A stretch of 64,000 bases of DNA from the IMG/VR virus record IMGVR_UViG_3300043773_002546, positions 1 to 64,000 of that record; one strand, written 5' to 3'. The notes under the pieces were generated by a model. That model was not told the DNA's origin and did no database searches. It worked only from the letters and a program-made list of their open reading frames with translations. Below are positions 28,810 to 38,726 of the stretch, piece by piece; position 1 is the first letter of the stretch, and every line of letters begins with the position of its first letter. Source of the stretch: a virus. The position numbers were made by a program, and so were the translations under genes.

Positions 28810-30258
28810 ATGGCCCGACTGAGCCGCAAGCACAAGAACGCGATCATCAACGTTATCAGCAAATGGCGTGACGCCTTCGCGGGTATCAACCCCGTCAATC
28901 ACGATCGGATCCGCGAGCTTATCAACAGCGCGTACAGCAAAAAGACCAAGCAGGTGCGCGTCAAGAGCAAGCGCAGCCGCCAACTCTGGAAGACAGTCAA
29001 GCTCGACGCCCCCACGATCCACTTCCTGCGCTCACCGGTGGCCTTCGACATCGCCCAGGCTGTGCTCCGCGGCAGATTGGCCAAGAAAGACGCCGAAGTG
29101 CTCTGTGTCAGCTACGGCATCGACAAGTCGTTCGTGAAAGAGCTGCACCGCGACGTCATGACCAGTTCTTTTGGTCATCATCACTGGCACCGCGGCACGT
29201 CAGCACTGACGGACGTTTGGGAAGCAACGCTGGAGACGGCGGTCGACGGCGCGCAGAGCGCCGCGTTCAACCCGGAACCGGACGGCGACGGGTCCGCAGC
29301 CATGCGCGAAGCGGCGCGGCGTCACAAGCAGTTTGCACCCGCGTTTCCAGATATGCCGGGGTTGTCGCGCAACGCGAGGATTCGCGAGATCCAGAACAAC
29401 GATTTTGGCCTGACCAAAGGCCTGCACAAAACGATTGGCGCCGTTGCGATCCAAGTCATGAAGGCATTTAGCTGCCGCGAACCTGCTCACAGCTTTAATC
29501 AGCAACTGCTGCAAATTCCTTGGAGCAGTAGCGCCAACTCCGCCACGTTGTCTCGCTGTGAACGTGCGTCGGTCGGCGGCTGGGGCAGCAACTACATGGA
29601 CGCCGAAATTGTCTACGAACTGATGGGCATCAAAGACGTCAACCAGACCTGGGCTTACGAGCTGATGCGCGAGGCACACCTGGTGATGTTTTTCCAGAAC
29701 CAGGTTCTCGTCCTAGCCGAGCGACCCACGGTGCACACCAACGCCGACGGCGAGTTGCACAACGACGAAGGCCCTGCAGTTCATTGGGCCGACGGCGCCA
29801 AGCAGTACTACATTGACGGCCACGAACTGGGGCATCTCGGCGAGCTAATCGTCGATCATCCCGAGCAGCTGACTCTGGAGCACATCAACGGCGAGGAAAA
29901 CGAAGAGGTCAAGCGCCTGGCGATTGAGCAATACGGCTGGGGCCGTTACCTCGAAGAAATTGGCGCTCGCGTGGTTGACCGGCGCGACAACGCCGTTGAC
30001 AACACGATCGAGGCTCTGGTCTCCGTCCGGCAAAAGATTTGGCGGCGACAGTGGGGGTGGCGTTCCACGCCCGAAGAGCAAACCATCGAGCAGCGCAAGC
30101 TGATTCTGTCATGTCGATCCACCGCGCGGCAGTATTTTCTGGCCGTGCCCGAGACCGTGAGGAATTGCGAAGAAGGGCAGCACTGGATGGCTGAAGGCGC
30201 CAACACCAGGCATGTCGCCGCCCTGCGTCATCCCGTGCGCGTTATCGGCGCGTCCTGA
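28810..30258 (+). CDS. DUF6745-like protein
   Basis: LHNDEGPAVHWADG..YYIDG; NEEVKRLAIEQYGWGRYL; STARQYFLAVP. Confidence 0.7.
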   Translation: MARLSRKHKNAIINVISKWRDAFAGINPVNHDRIRELINSAYSKKTKQVRVKSKRSRQLWKTVKLDAPTIHFLRSPVAFDIAQAVLRGRLAKKDAEVLCVSYGIDKSFVKELHRDVMTSSFGHHHWHRGTSALTDVWEATLETAVDGAQSAAFNPEPDGDGSAAMREAARRHKQFAPAFPDMPGLSRNARIREIQNNDFGLTKGLHKTIGAVAIQVMKAFSCREPAHSFNQQLLQIPWSSSANSATLSRCERASVGGWGSNYMDAEIVYELMGIKDVNQTWAYELMREAHLVMFFQNQVLVLAERPTVHTNADGELHNDEGPAVHWADGAKQYYIDGHELGHLGELIVDHPEQLTLEHINGEENEEVKRLAIEQYGWGRYLEEIGARVVDRRDNAVDNTIEALVSVRQKIWRRQWGWRSTPEEQTIEQRKLILSCRSTARQYFLAVPETVRNCEEGQHWMAEGANTRHVAALRHPVRVIGAS

Positions 30259-30284
30259 AACTCCCCGTACAAGGAACTAAAACC

Positions 30285-30857
30285 ATGGCTACTGCCACTG
30301 CCTCTAAGAACGTGACCGTTTCCAAGACTCTCTCCGACATTTCCGCCGCCGTCGAGGCGATCAAGAACGACGGCCTGCAGCACTTCCCCGAAGCCGCCAG
30401 CATCGGTGACGCCGTCCGCCAGGGCGACGTCTATATCCAGCTTATCGAAGAGGCCGATGTCGCGGCCGCTGGTCCCCTGTTCAAAAAGCTGGCCGAGCCG
30501 GTGCTCCAGCTCGCGCCGGGCAACACCAAGGGCAGCCGTCACTGTCTCGACAGCGCCGAGGGCGTTGAGATGTGGGAGCCGACGCTCACCGACGAAAGCG
30601 TGCTCAAGTACGTCTTCGCCAAGAACAACGCGCCGCTGCCGAAGAACTACCAGCAAACGTATATCGGCGAGCACCGCGACGAGCGCCAAGAAGTGGCCAG
30701 CGCCATCAATATGGCCGGGCCGATCTTCAAGCTCTCTAAGCCAAATACCCTCGTCCACCCCGAGCACGGCGACTGGGCCTTGCCTTGCGGCACCTACCGT
30801 GTGATCTTTCAGCGTACGGTTGACGAGGCCGACCGGGTCCGTCGCGTTCTCGACTGA
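30285..30857 (+). CDS. RQGDV-motif protein, the usual partner of DUF6745
   Basis: VRQGDVYI...HPEHG...LPCGTYRVIFQR. Confidence 0.7.
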   Translation: MATATASKNVTVSKTLSDISAAVEAIKNDGLQHFPEAASIGDAVRQGDVYIQLIEEADVAAAGPLFKKLAEPVLQLAPGNTKGSRHCLDSAEGVEMWEPTLTDESVLKYVFAKNNAPLPKNYQQTYIGEHRDERQEVASAINMAGPIFKLSKPNTLVHPEHGDWALPCGTYRVIFQRTVDEADRVRRVLD

Positions 30858-30858
30858 T

Positions 30859-30876
30859 TTCATTGATATCAAATCG
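30859..30876. repeat. Dispersed palindrome copy (ttcattgatatcaaatcg)
   Basis: Starts 2 nt after a stop codon. Confidence 0.8.
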
Positions 30877-30921
30877 GGGATGCGCGCTAAGTAGCGCCGT
30901 CCTTACTTTGGAGACTAGCAT

Positions 30922-31002
30922 TTGCTACGACTTTTAATCGCTGCCGGATTCACGCTGTACCTTTGGTCTGCGCTGAATCCATCTCAAAGAAAGCGCTGTT
31001 GA
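30922..31002 (+). CDS. 26-aa hydrophobic peptide
   Basis: TTG start 8 nt after GGAG; translated by hand. Confidence 0.4.
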   Translation: MLRLLIAAGFTLYLWSALNPSQRKRC

Positions 31003-31100
31003 TGTTGCGTTTCGTATATCCGTTGGAAATTATCCTGCTCGTCACCGGCGCCTTGCTATTCGCATATACGATGGACTGGATTGAACGTTTACGCAAATAG
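31002..31100 (+). CDS. 32-aa single-transmembrane peptide
   Basis: TGATG coupling to the previous peptide; MLRFVYPLEIILLVTGALLFAYTMDWIERLRK. Confidence 0.5.
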   Translation: MLRFVYPLEIILLVTGALLFAYTMDWIERLRK

Positions 31101-31108
31101 GAAAACCC

Positions 31109-31633
31109 ATGGGTATTGACGTTTACCTGAAGTGGAAAAACATGAATCAAGATGAAAAGAAGCAGCAGATTACGGGCTTCTCAATCACAGCGGGCGGCCA
31201 GGGATATCTTCGCGAGGCCTATCACGGCGGCCCCTACGCCACCCGAATACTCTGCCGCGAAGCTTTTGAGAGCGAGACCTCTGAGGCGCCGATCCCGGCC
31301 GCCGTGCTCCGCGAACGGCTCACTAACGTTACCGAACCCGCCCGGGGCGTTGAAGGCGGTGATTTGGCTGCCATGCTGATTACAGCGCTATTTGGTTCTA
31401 TGACAGACGAGAACGGCAATTTGCCTGATGGCGCCCATGTCCAGGGCGGCCACACCGGCGATCCGACGACCGAACCAATGACCGTAGAGGAAGCCGTCAT
31501 TCTGCGAAACGAGCGACTCTACGGCGGCGATGGCGCCGAAGAGGCGCTCCAGTCATTCCGGGATTTTGTGGCCCTAGCCGAGCGCAAAGAGCGCGAGACC
31601 GGCGAACCCTGCACGATTTACGCGAGTTACTAG
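31109..31633 (+). CDS. Hypothetical protein
   Basis: AGGA SD; GYLREAYHG. Confidence 0.7.
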   Translation: MGIDVYLKWKNMNQDEKKQQITGFSITAGGQGYLREAYHGGPYATRILCREAFESETSEAPIPAAVLRERLTNVTEPARGVEGGDLAAMLITALFGSMTDENGNLPDGAHVQGGHTGDPTTEPMTVEEAVILRNERLYGGDGAEEALQSFRDFVALAERKERETGEPCTIYASY

Positions 31634-31642
31634 GACGCACAC

Positions 31643-32104
31643 ATGAGCGAAGACAACACAACGCCACCGCCGTCTTATGGCACGCCTGAATGGTGGGTGC
31701 AGCAGGCACGCAAAGAAGCAGAAACACGGGCCCACGGAGTAGACGGGCTGAAAGAAGCCCTCCCATTCTTAGCCCGGACGGGCATCACCACGCTCACGAT
31801 GAGCTACAACGGCGAAGGCGACAGCGGTGACATCGAGGATATCGAAATTCAAGGCGCTGAAACCGCGCCTAAGACCGGCGAAGCGCTGGACGAGGCACTA
31901 AAGATGTTTCCGGAGGAAACCAACGCCTACGCCCGGTTCTGCGTCGAGGAGCTTAAGGACCGCGCGTTCGAGATCCTCCCGGCGGGCTTCGAGATCAACG
32001 AGGGCGGCTACGGCCAAATCGTTCTGGATTGTGAAAACAACAAGGTCCGGATCGAACACAACGAGCGAATCATGGAGATCCGATACGACGAACAGGAGTG
32101 GTAA
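31643..32104 (+). CDS. DUF6878-like protein
   Basis: MSYNGEGDSGDIEDI...GFEINEGGYG. Confidence 0.65.
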   Translation: MSEDNTTPPPSYGTPEWWVQQARKEAETRAHGVDGLKEALPFLARTGITTLTMSYNGEGDSGDIEDIEIQGAETAPKTGEALDEALKMFPEETNAYARFCVEELKDRAFEILPAGFEINEGGYGQIVLDCENNKVRIEHNERIMEIRYDEQEW

Positions 32105-32529
32105 TGGCACACCCATACCATCACGCGGTCAGCTCGGCGCGGCGCTTCGGCGGCGTGCCCGAGGACTACATCAAGTATCACGACTGGTTTGACGGTTCAA
32201 AAGCCCACGTCGCCGACTTTCGCCATCGAGCCCTTCGCCATCACACGGAGGGTATTTTCATGCTGGAGCAAATTTTTGGCGCCACCATGACCAATTCGGA
32301 CGGACGCGTTGTACCCGTTCGATATATCGGCGAACAGCACGTCCAAGAAGATCTTGGCCGTATTCCAACCGTAGCAGAATGGCTCGAGCGCATCGAGCCC
32401 GCGCGCTGGATGTTAGGCCGCGGCAAAGATCTGGCACGAGAACTTGAAAAGGAGCAACCCGATGGGATTGTGCGTATTTCCGACAGCCGACCTGCTGCGC
32501 CTGACGCTGCATGCGATCTTGGCACCTAA
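32104..32529 (+). CDS. DUF6915-like protein
   Basis: MAHPYHHAVSSARRFGG...HRALRHHTEGIF...EQHVQEDLG. Confidence 0.75.
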   Translation: MAHPYHHAVSSARRFGGVPEDYIKYHDWFDGSKAHVADFRHRALRHHTEGIFMLEQIFGATMTNSDGRVVPVRYIGEQHVQEDLGRIPTVAEWLERIEPARWMLGRGKDLARELEKEQPDGIVRISDSRPAAPDAACDLGT

Positions 32530-32926
32530 TCACCGCATGGGCTACGAATCCGACGCGCCGCCAGCGCCCGGCTTGTTGCTCGTGCACGACCAGGGCGTCT
32601 ATCTGATGTCCAACGGCCTACCAGCCGACACAGCAGCCGCCGAGACCGGCCAGCACGTCGTGTATGCCGACGGTTGTAACCCAAACATTGGCTCGTTTGA
32701 CGAATGGTACGACACCAGCCGAGAGCTTGTAGGCGGTGACGATTTCGTCGAGGTTTTGCCGTTTGGCGATCCGCAAGAGTTTGTGACGAACTGCACAAAT
32801 TACCACGAGTTTTGCGTTGACCTGACTGACAACCAGCTGGAAGCGTTCTTTCGCGAATCCAAAGCCCGCCCCAGCACAGCCCGCAGAGGTAACGGCAATG
32901 CCCGCCGCTCGAGTCCGGCTAACTGA
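32462..32926 (+). CDS. DUF3085-like protein
   Basis: LLLVHDQGVYLMSN...VYADGCNP...GGDDFVE. Confidence 0.7.
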   Translation: MGLCVFPTADLLRLTLHAILAPNHRMGYESDAPPAPGLLLVHDQGVYLMSNGLPADTAAAETGQHVVYADGCNPNIGSFDEWYDTSRELVGGDDFVEVLPFGDPQEFVTNCTNYHEFCVDLTDNQLEAFFRESKARPSTARRGNGNARRSSPAN

Positions 32927-33182
32927 AGACGATCTCAAAGATATCAAACCCGGCAGTGAACTTTATCGCCGAGCTGCAGACACGCTGAAAGACAACCAAG
33001 ACGGCGCGGCGTATCTCGAGTACGCCCGAGACCGGCTTCATTGCGACGGCGAGTTGGAATTTGATGACGACGCCACAGTTAGCCTGGGCGCGGATGAAGG
33101 CGCTTACGTCATGGCCTGGGTGTGGGTGTCCGACGATACCATGCGCGCCGAAGGGTACCTAGAGAAAGAAGAAGATGTTTGA
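32898..33182 (+). CDS. Hypothetical protein
   Basis: GELEFDDDATVS..EGAYVMAWVWV. Confidence 0.65.
   Translation: MPAARVRLTEDDLKDIKPGSELYRRAADTLKDNQDGAAYLEYARDRLHCDGELEFDDDATVSLGADEGAYVMAWVWVSDDTMRAEGYLEKEEDV
32934..32951. repeat. Dispersed palindrome variant (ctcaaagatatcaaaccc)
   Basis: Combines half-sites seen at 14527 and 40444. Confidence 0.55.
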
Positions 33183-33570
33183 AAAAAGTAAAATCCGTAA
33201 AGAGTTTGAACGCCTGGCCGAAGACAACGAAATTCCTATGGCGACAATTGTTAATACGCAAATGTCGCTGCGAACAATCGGCGGCGGCAATTCTGTCGGC
33301 GACGTTGAATCAAGAAACACAGCTGAGCAATTCGTTTGGACGAGCGAGTCAGCTTCTTTAGGCTGGTGTCTAGGCGGCCGCGCGTTTGAGATGCTGCAGC
33401 AGCTGCTATCTAGGCCAAAAGAAATCGAAGACTGCAAAGACGGTTTTTTAGACGCGGCAGATGGGTATTTCAGTCAGCTGCGCGACGAACTCGACGAAAT
33501 TGACCCGGGAATTAAAAAGCCGAGTAACGACGGGAGCAGCGATGACGACAAAGACACAGACGAAAACTAA
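33175..33570 (+). CDS. Hypothetical protein
   Basis: ORF in a chain of overlapping genes. Confidence 0.55.
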   Translation: MFEKSKIRKEFERLAEDNEIPMATIVNTQMSLRTIGGGNSVGDVESRNTAEQFVWTSESASLGWCLGGRAFEMLQQLLSRPKEIEDCKDGFLDAADGYFSQLRDELDEIDPGIKKPSNDGSSDDDKDTDEN

Positions 33571-33796
33571 CCCCAAGCGCGTTGTGGTGTTTGTCGAGGG
33601 CGGCCTGGCCGAGGCCAGCATGGACGAAGGCGTGTCCTGGGAGCTTATCGACTGGGACAACATCAAAGATGGTCATGACCACTGGACAACCGAAGAAATT
33701 GACACGTTTGCCGCCTGGAGCAAAGGCTTGATTAGCCCCAAAACTATCGCGCGTTTACGCGAATACGCCAAGGAGCACGACGATGCCGAAGATTAA
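33542..33796 (+). CDS. Hypothetical protein
   Basis: VVVFVEGGL; overlapping chain. Confidence 0.6.
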   Translation: MTTKTQTKTNPKRVVVFVEGGLAEASMDEGVSWELIDWDNIKDGHDHWTTEEIDTFAAWSKGLISPKTIARLREYAKEHDDAED

Positions 33797-34007
33797 TCAA
33801 CCAATCAAAATTATCAAAAACGACTTGATCACGATCCTGGAATTTATCCGGGTCGCTGTAACGGAATTTCCAAAAGCGACTGACCATATTTTAACTCATA
33901 TGGATTTATCCGACGAGGCGTTCAAGGAAACGTACGTCATGGTGGCCAGCGCGGTCGACTTCGACTTTGACGACGACGGAGACAACGACGATGGCAGCGA
34001 CAGTTGA
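33783..34007 (+). CDS. Hypothetical protein
   Basis: AAGGAG SD. Confidence 0.6.
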   Translation: MPKINQPIKIIKNDLITILEFIRVAVTEFPKATDHILTHMDLSDEAFKETYVMVASAVDFDFDDDGDNDDGSDS

Positions 34008-34155
34008 AACGCTCCGCGACTGGCTCAACACTTTTCCGCCAACTTGGACTGTTTATGTCGACGAGGGCGGCTTAACGCTTGTAGCGCGGGCAAACAAAAA
34101 AAGCGTCAAGTACGAATATGAACTTGGCGGAGAACCGGAGAACGACGATGAGTGA
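33991..34155 (+). CDS. Small hypothetical protein
   Basis: Overlapping chain. Confidence 0.5.
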   Translation: MAATVETLRDWLNTFPPTWTVYVDEGGLTLVARANKKSVKYEYELGGEPENDDE

Positions 34156-34486
34156 AATCGTAGAAGTCAGCGGCGACACAATTTACGTAATTGACCGCCG
34201 CGTTGACCTGTCCGCAGAAGAGCGCCCGTTTCTGTATGACACAATCGACTGGCTCGCCCTGGCCAAGCAAAAAAGAGAACTGGTGGGCGTTATCAGCTTA
34301 GAAAACGGCCACGCTTTTGATGACGCGCCAGCTCACCCGCTGGACGGGCTGCTCGGCCTAATTGACCATGTCCAGGACGACGCCGAAGCCATGGGTTATC
34401 CGGTCGTCTATGGCTACGACTTGGAAATGTACAAAGAAGACCACCCCAACACGGAAATCCCAGATGGCGAAGAAAAAGCCACGTAG
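34148..34486 (+). CDS. Hypothetical protein
   Basis: GGAG SD. Confidence 0.6.
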   Translation: MSEIVEVSGDTIYVIDRRVDLSAEERPFLYDTIDWLALAKQKRELVGVISLENGHAFDDAPAHPLDGLLGLIDHVQDDAEAMGYPVVYGYDLEMYKEDHPNTEIPDGEEKAT

Positions 34487-34841
34487 CGTAGACATCGACC
34501 GGTTTGAGACGACCGAGCCAAACAAGTTCATTGAAATCAGCGTCGGCTACAGCGAGGGCGGGTCAATGTGGGGCGTACAAAACGCCCGCGCCTATTATCT
34601 GCACTGCACGCCGATCAAAATCGAGCAGCACAACGGGTACGCAACCAGATCGTACATGCTGTTTCACGGGCGCAAAGCCAAGCTTGAAGACGCCGCGCGT
34701 TTCAGTCAGAAAAAGCTTGACACGTTGGCTGAGACAGCGCGAAAAGCCTGTGCCGCACGGGATGAAGAAATTATGCGGCTTGTTAACGCCGTGCTGACAG
34801 AAGAAAACCTGACGCTGGCTGACGCTATGGTGACCGCATGA
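34464..34841 (+). CDS. Hypothetical protein
   Basis: Overlapping chain. Confidence 0.6.
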   Translation: MAKKKPRSVDIDRFETTEPNKFIEISVGYSEGGSMWGVQNARAYYLHCTPIKIEQHNGYATRSYMLFHGRKAKLEDAARFSQKKLDTLAETARKACAARDEEIMRLVNAVLTEENLTLADAMVTA

Positions 34842-35128
34842 GCGATGATGACATTCTTTGGATTTGGGACGTGTGGGGCAGCAAAGAAGAGCTGTACGAC
34901 GAGTTTCTTAAAGGCCCGGACAAATGGAGCGACACTTTTCGGTATTGGGTGCTGCGCCACGTTGCCGACGGGCTGCTGGACAACTGGCTGGAAACGCACG
35001 ATGACACCGACCTGATTCGCGAGGCGGCCGAATTCATGGAGTGCGAAGCCATGAACGAAGTCGGCGACCCGGACGTTGACCAAATGGTTGAACTGTGTCA
35101 AAGAACGCAACATGACCAAAAAAACTGA
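34838..35128 (+). CDS. Acidic hypothetical protein
   Basis: ATGA overlap. Confidence 0.6.
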   Translation: MSDDDILWIWDVWGSKEELYDEFLKGPDKWSDTFRYWVLRHVADGLLDNWLETHDDTDLIREAAEFMECEAMNEVGDPDVDQMVELCQRTQHDQKN

Positions 35129-35462
35129 CAAATACGCGCCGTTCTGCAAAACAAAACGGTTTGACATTTTTCATCATCGCGTAGTGCGCAACCCCGACCT
35201 GGGCGTGCCGCGCGACATGTATACGGCTTGGCACCACAGCGACGATATGCCGCGCCCAATGTGCGTCGTCACTGTCTATCCGGACTACAAAAACTGGGTT
35301 GAGTGGATCGAAGTTGCTGACGACTATCGTCGCGAAGGCATCGCTACCGAAGTATGCGCGGCGCTGAGTGAAAAACTTGGCGGTTTAAACATGGGCGGCG
35401 CCACCAGTGTTGGCGAAGCGTTTGTCGCAGCATGGGAGAAACACACAAATGCTACGAATTGA
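35112..35462 (+). CDS. GNAT-like protein
   Basis: EWIEVADDYRREGIATEV motif A. Confidence 0.6.
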   Translation: MTKKTDKYAPFCKTKRFDIFHHRVVRNPDLGVPRDMYTAWHHSDDMPRPMCVVTVYPDYKNWVEWIEVADDYRREGIATEVCAALSEKLGGLNMGGATSVGEAFVAAWEKHTNATN

Positions 35463-35615
35463 ATTTGAGTACGGGTACGACGGCGAATTGATTCACAACA
35501 TCGTTGACGACAAAACTGATGAGCTGGTAGCGATGGTTTTTGCCGGGCAGGAAACCGCCGAACAGATGATCGAAAGCCTAGACAACGCGCGCGCACTTGC
35601 CGTACTGGAAAAAAT

Positions 35616-35834
35616 GTGAGCGCAAACGACAAGTACTACGCAGACCTGCGCTGGGCGCCAGAAGACATTCAAACGCTGCGCCCAGATTGGTCGCTTGAGC
35701 GTTGTGAAGAATGGCTCATAGCCAACCAAAAGTACATTAGAGACCGGCTATGTGAACTTGGTTGGGACGTTATTGAAATGATGATACACACCGACGACAT
35801 GGGAATAACACATGAGCCACGTGAGCCAGACTGA
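35616..35834 (+). CDS. Hypothetical protein
   Basis: GTGA overlap. Confidence 0.55.
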   Translation: MSANDKYYADLRWAPEDIQTLRPDWSLERCEEWLIANQKYIRDRLCELGWDVIEMMIHTDDMGITHEPREPD

Positions 35835-35969
35835 GCATGTTTGGGAATTCACGTTTATGGTGGTGCAGGCAGCAGAGACATACGAAGCCGCACTAGAAGC
35901 GGCGCATGACTATCTAGCCGAATACGCCGACAAAAGAGAACTGGAGCCGGTGCAATCCCGGATTATTGA

Positions 35970-36431
35970 ATGACCGCCAAACTTGCCTACCTAATGCGGC
36001 ACGACAACGAATTCGATCCCGAGCACATGCGCGAGATCATCTATGACCTGTTTGCGGGCTCATTCGAGAGCGACTGCGGCAGCACCGACGAGATCATCGA
36101 CACGCTGTGCATGGCGATCTTCAAATACCGCTGCGCCACGGAAGACGACCTCGACGTTGACCGGGTGTTTATCTCCGACAAGAAACTGGCCGAGTGCTAC
36201 TTCTGCGACAACGTTGAAAAAATCCTTGTTGCGCACGGTTTTGACAAGGAAAACGCCGCAGAGTACGCCTCTTGGCCTGAGACCCTTCCGGTTGATGCAA
36301 CCTGGGAAAAAGAAGCCCTGCGCGAGCTGGCGCTAATTCAGGCTGGTCACGACCTAGTAGTCCGCGACCAACTCAAGCAGCTCTGGGCCGAAGAGAAAGC
36401 CAAAAAGGAGGCCGCCGAAAAGGTGGTTTGA
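35970..36431 (+). CDS. Hypothetical protein
   Basis: ORF track. Confidence 0.65.
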   Translation: MTAKLAYLMRHDNEFDPEHMREIIYDLFAGSFESDCGSTDEIIDTLCMAIFKYRCATEDDLDVDRVFISDKKLAECYFCDNVEKILVAHGFDKENAAEYASWPETLPVDATWEKEALRELALIQAGHDLVVRDQLKQLWAEEKAKKEAAEKVV

Positions 36432-36441
36432 TATCAATGGA
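36424..36441. repeat. Dispersed palindrome copy (tggtttgatatcaatgga)
   Basis: Spans a stop (TGA 36429) and the next start (ATG 36437). Confidence 0.8.
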
Positions 36442-36763
36442 ACCGCGAGTGTTCACAAAGGGCGTTTTGAAAAGCGTCAACACCATGGCGCACGTCCAAG
36501 GTTATAACCGCATCGTGGACGAAAAGTTTCTCGACCGGCTGCCCGATGAGAAGTTCTACGTGCCGAATTTTGTGCTGCTGCACGAGCACAAAGCGGGCAA
36601 GCTCTGCGATCCGCACGTTCGGTGCGTGTTTGATCACGAAGGTGACTATTTTATCATCGACGTGGAGATGGGCTGCTGGGAAAAGCTGCCTACAGCCAGC
36701 GAAATGGCCCGCATGATTCGTCACGTAGAGACCCGCAGGGCTGAAGGAGACGTCTACGTATGA
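36437..36763 (+). CDS. Hypothetical protein
   Basis: ORF track. Confidence 0.65.
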   Translation: MEPRVFTKGVLKSVNTMAHVQGYNRIVDEKFLDRLPDEKFYVPNFVLLHEHKAGKLCDPHVRCVFDHEGDYFIIDVEMGCWEKLPTASEMARMIRHVETRRAEGDVYV

Positions 36764-37206
36764 GCATCGACCTGATCCGCGAAAAGCAGCGGCAGATTCT
36801 TGCGGCCAAAGAAGCGGCCAAGAAAGCGGCTGAAGAACGCTCTAAAGCGGCAAAAAAGGCCTTTGACGAAACTGGCATTCCGGCCATGTGGGCGGCCATC
36901 AAAGACATCAAAGTCCCGCATTGGCGCGGCAACGGCAGCCGAGAAAACAACCCGCTCGTCGAGATTCCGCTGTCCGAACACGTTAAGTCAATTAACGACG
37001 TGAGCATCTGGTTGCTCGACCACGACGGCGGCATCAAGATCAGCTGGTACGCCGAGAGTACGGACAAAGGCGCCCTGTGGTTGCGCGTCGGCGGCCGAGA
37101 AGGCCGCACCGGCGATAGTTACACTGCCGAGAGTCTTCGAGACCATTTTGTGGACTACATGGCCAAGCTGTTGCCGCCCCTGGAGAATACAAATGCCAAA
37201 GTTTAA
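36760..37206 (+). CDS. Hypothetical protein
   Basis: AAGGAG SD; ATGA overlap. Confidence 0.65.
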   Translation: MSIDLIREKQRQILAAKEAAKKAAEERSKAAKKAFDETGIPAMWAAIKDIKVPHWRGNGSRENNPLVEIPLSEHVKSINDVSIWLLDHDGGIKISWYAESTDKGALWLRVGGREGRTGDSYTAESLRDHFVDYMAKLLPPLENTNAKV

Positions 37207-37383
37207 TCACGCCTATACGTTGTCGTTTGAGATCACGAGCAATCACGAAGAAGGCGAGGATCTCACCGGCCTTGATTTGCGCAAAGCGCTGCTTAAGCGA
37301 CTGGACAATCTAAGCGACGATGACATGCTTGAAGCGTGCGAACCATTCGACACGTTTGAAATCGAAGACGACGAGGAGGATTA

Positions 37384-38319
37384 ATGATTTTGCTCACTGG
37401 GGCCGCGGGCTTTATTGGCTCAAACGTGCTCCAAGCCCTGAACGACCAGGGCCGAGACGATATCATCTGTGTAGATGACCTGACCAACGGCGCCAAGTGC
37501 CGCAACCTAGTCGGAAAAAAATTCTGGCGGTACGTTGACCGTCGCGCCGTGTTTGGCTTAGACCGCGCGCTGTTTAGTGAAATCATCCATTTAGGCGCCA
37601 ATGTCGACACAACTTGCACTGACGGTCGCGCAATGGTTCGCGACAACTACGACGTCTCGTTTGAGCTCTACAAGCATTTTGTACTCGACAATCCCGAGTG
37701 CACATTTGTTTACGCCTCAACCGCCGGAGTCTACGGCTTAAACGACAAAACGGCCGCGGCGGGTTTCCGCGAAACGCCCGAATGCGAGGATCCGCACTCG
37801 CCGTATGCGTTCAGCAAGTGGCTGTTTGACAGCTACATGCGCATTGAATTAGGCGCGCTGCATACCATGTCGATCACGGGCCTGAGATTCTTTAACGTCT
37901 ACGGCCCCGGCGAGCAGCACAAAAAACGCATGCGCTCGGCTATCGGCAACATGATCAATGATATCAATGAGGGCAGACGGCCCGTGCTTTTTGACGGTAG
38001 CGAATGGATCATGCGAGATTTCGTCTGGGTCGGCGACGCGGTCAATACCGTGCTCTGGGCCTTAGACAGCCGCCCGCGTGGGATCTTCAACGTCGGTAGT
38101 GGGGTAGCCAGATCCTTCCTAGACGCCTACAACGCTGTAGCCGACGCCGCCGCGTACGACGGTCACCCTCAGTACGTAGACTTCCCTAAAGACTTGCGTC
38201 ACTATCAGTGTTTTACGCAAGCTGATCTGACTAATCTGCGCGCCGCTGGTTTTACCCATAAGTTTGCGACGCTTGAAGAAGGCGTAAAACAGTACGTTGC
38301 GCAGTATCACAGGAGTTAA
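37384..38319 (+). CDS. hldD: ADP-L-glycero-D-manno-heptose 6-epimerase
   Basis: LTGAAGFIGSNVLQALNDQGRDDIICVDDL, YASTAGVYG, YAFSK, GLRFFNVYGPGEQHK..M, RDFVWV.D. Confidence 0.9.
   Translation: MILLTGAAGFIGSNVLQALNDQGRDDIICVDDLTNGAKCRNLVGKKFWRYVDRRAVFGLDRALFSEIIHLGANVDTTCTDGRAMVRDNYDVSFELYKHFVLDNPECTFVYASTAGVYGLNDKTAAAGFRETPECEDPHSPYAFSKWLFDSYMRIELGALHTMSITGLRFFNVYGPGEQHKKRMRSAIGNMINDINEGRRPVLFDGSEWIMRDFVWVGDAVNTVLWALDSRPRGIFNVGSGVARSFLDAYNAVADAAAYDGHPQYVDFPKDLRHYQCFTQADLTNLRAAGFTHKFATLEEGVKQYVAQYHRS
37954..37971. repeat. Dispersed palindrome copy (atcaatgatatcaatgag)
   Basis: 16/18 match; inside hldD. Confidence 0.75.
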
Positions 38320-38321
38320 AC

Positions 38322-38687
38322 ATGTGCGCGCGCAGGACGCCGCGCTTGTTGCGTTCGCCGCAAGCTGTTATGACCTTCAAAAAAATGCCTTTGGAGGAAT
38401 GGCTCGCCCTGCCAGAGTGCCCAATGCACGAAGCAGATAGCGAACGCGCCAAGACCGAACAGAAAGTTAAAAACAATCGGCATTTACGGCGGTTGCACCC
38501 ACTGCACCTGGGGGTGTTTGTCGCCGAGACCCGCGATGGCCGCCAGTTTCGCATCAACGGTTATTCGCGGGCTTATGTCTGGGAGCACTCGCTTTCAGAC
38601 AAGACTCCCAAAACTGTCGACGTTAACATTTTGCACGTGCGTAACGTGGAAGAAGTTAACGCGCGATATCAAACGTTTTACTCGTGA
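38322..38687 (+). CDS. Short ParB/sulfiredoxin-like protein
   Basis: HL..LHP.HLGVFVAETRDGRQFRINGYSRAYVW resembles the DGH(T/H)R core; start may be 38370. Confidence 0.5.
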   Translation: MCARRTPRLLRSPQAVMTFKKMPLEEWLALPECPMHEADSERAKTEQKVKNNRHLRRLHPLHLGVFVAETRDGRQFRINGYSRAYVWEHSLSDKTPKTVDVNILHVRNVEEVNARYQTFYS

Positions 38688-38726
38688 GCGTCGTGTTGGC
38701 GCTCGTTTCCCTAGAAGGACTCTACC

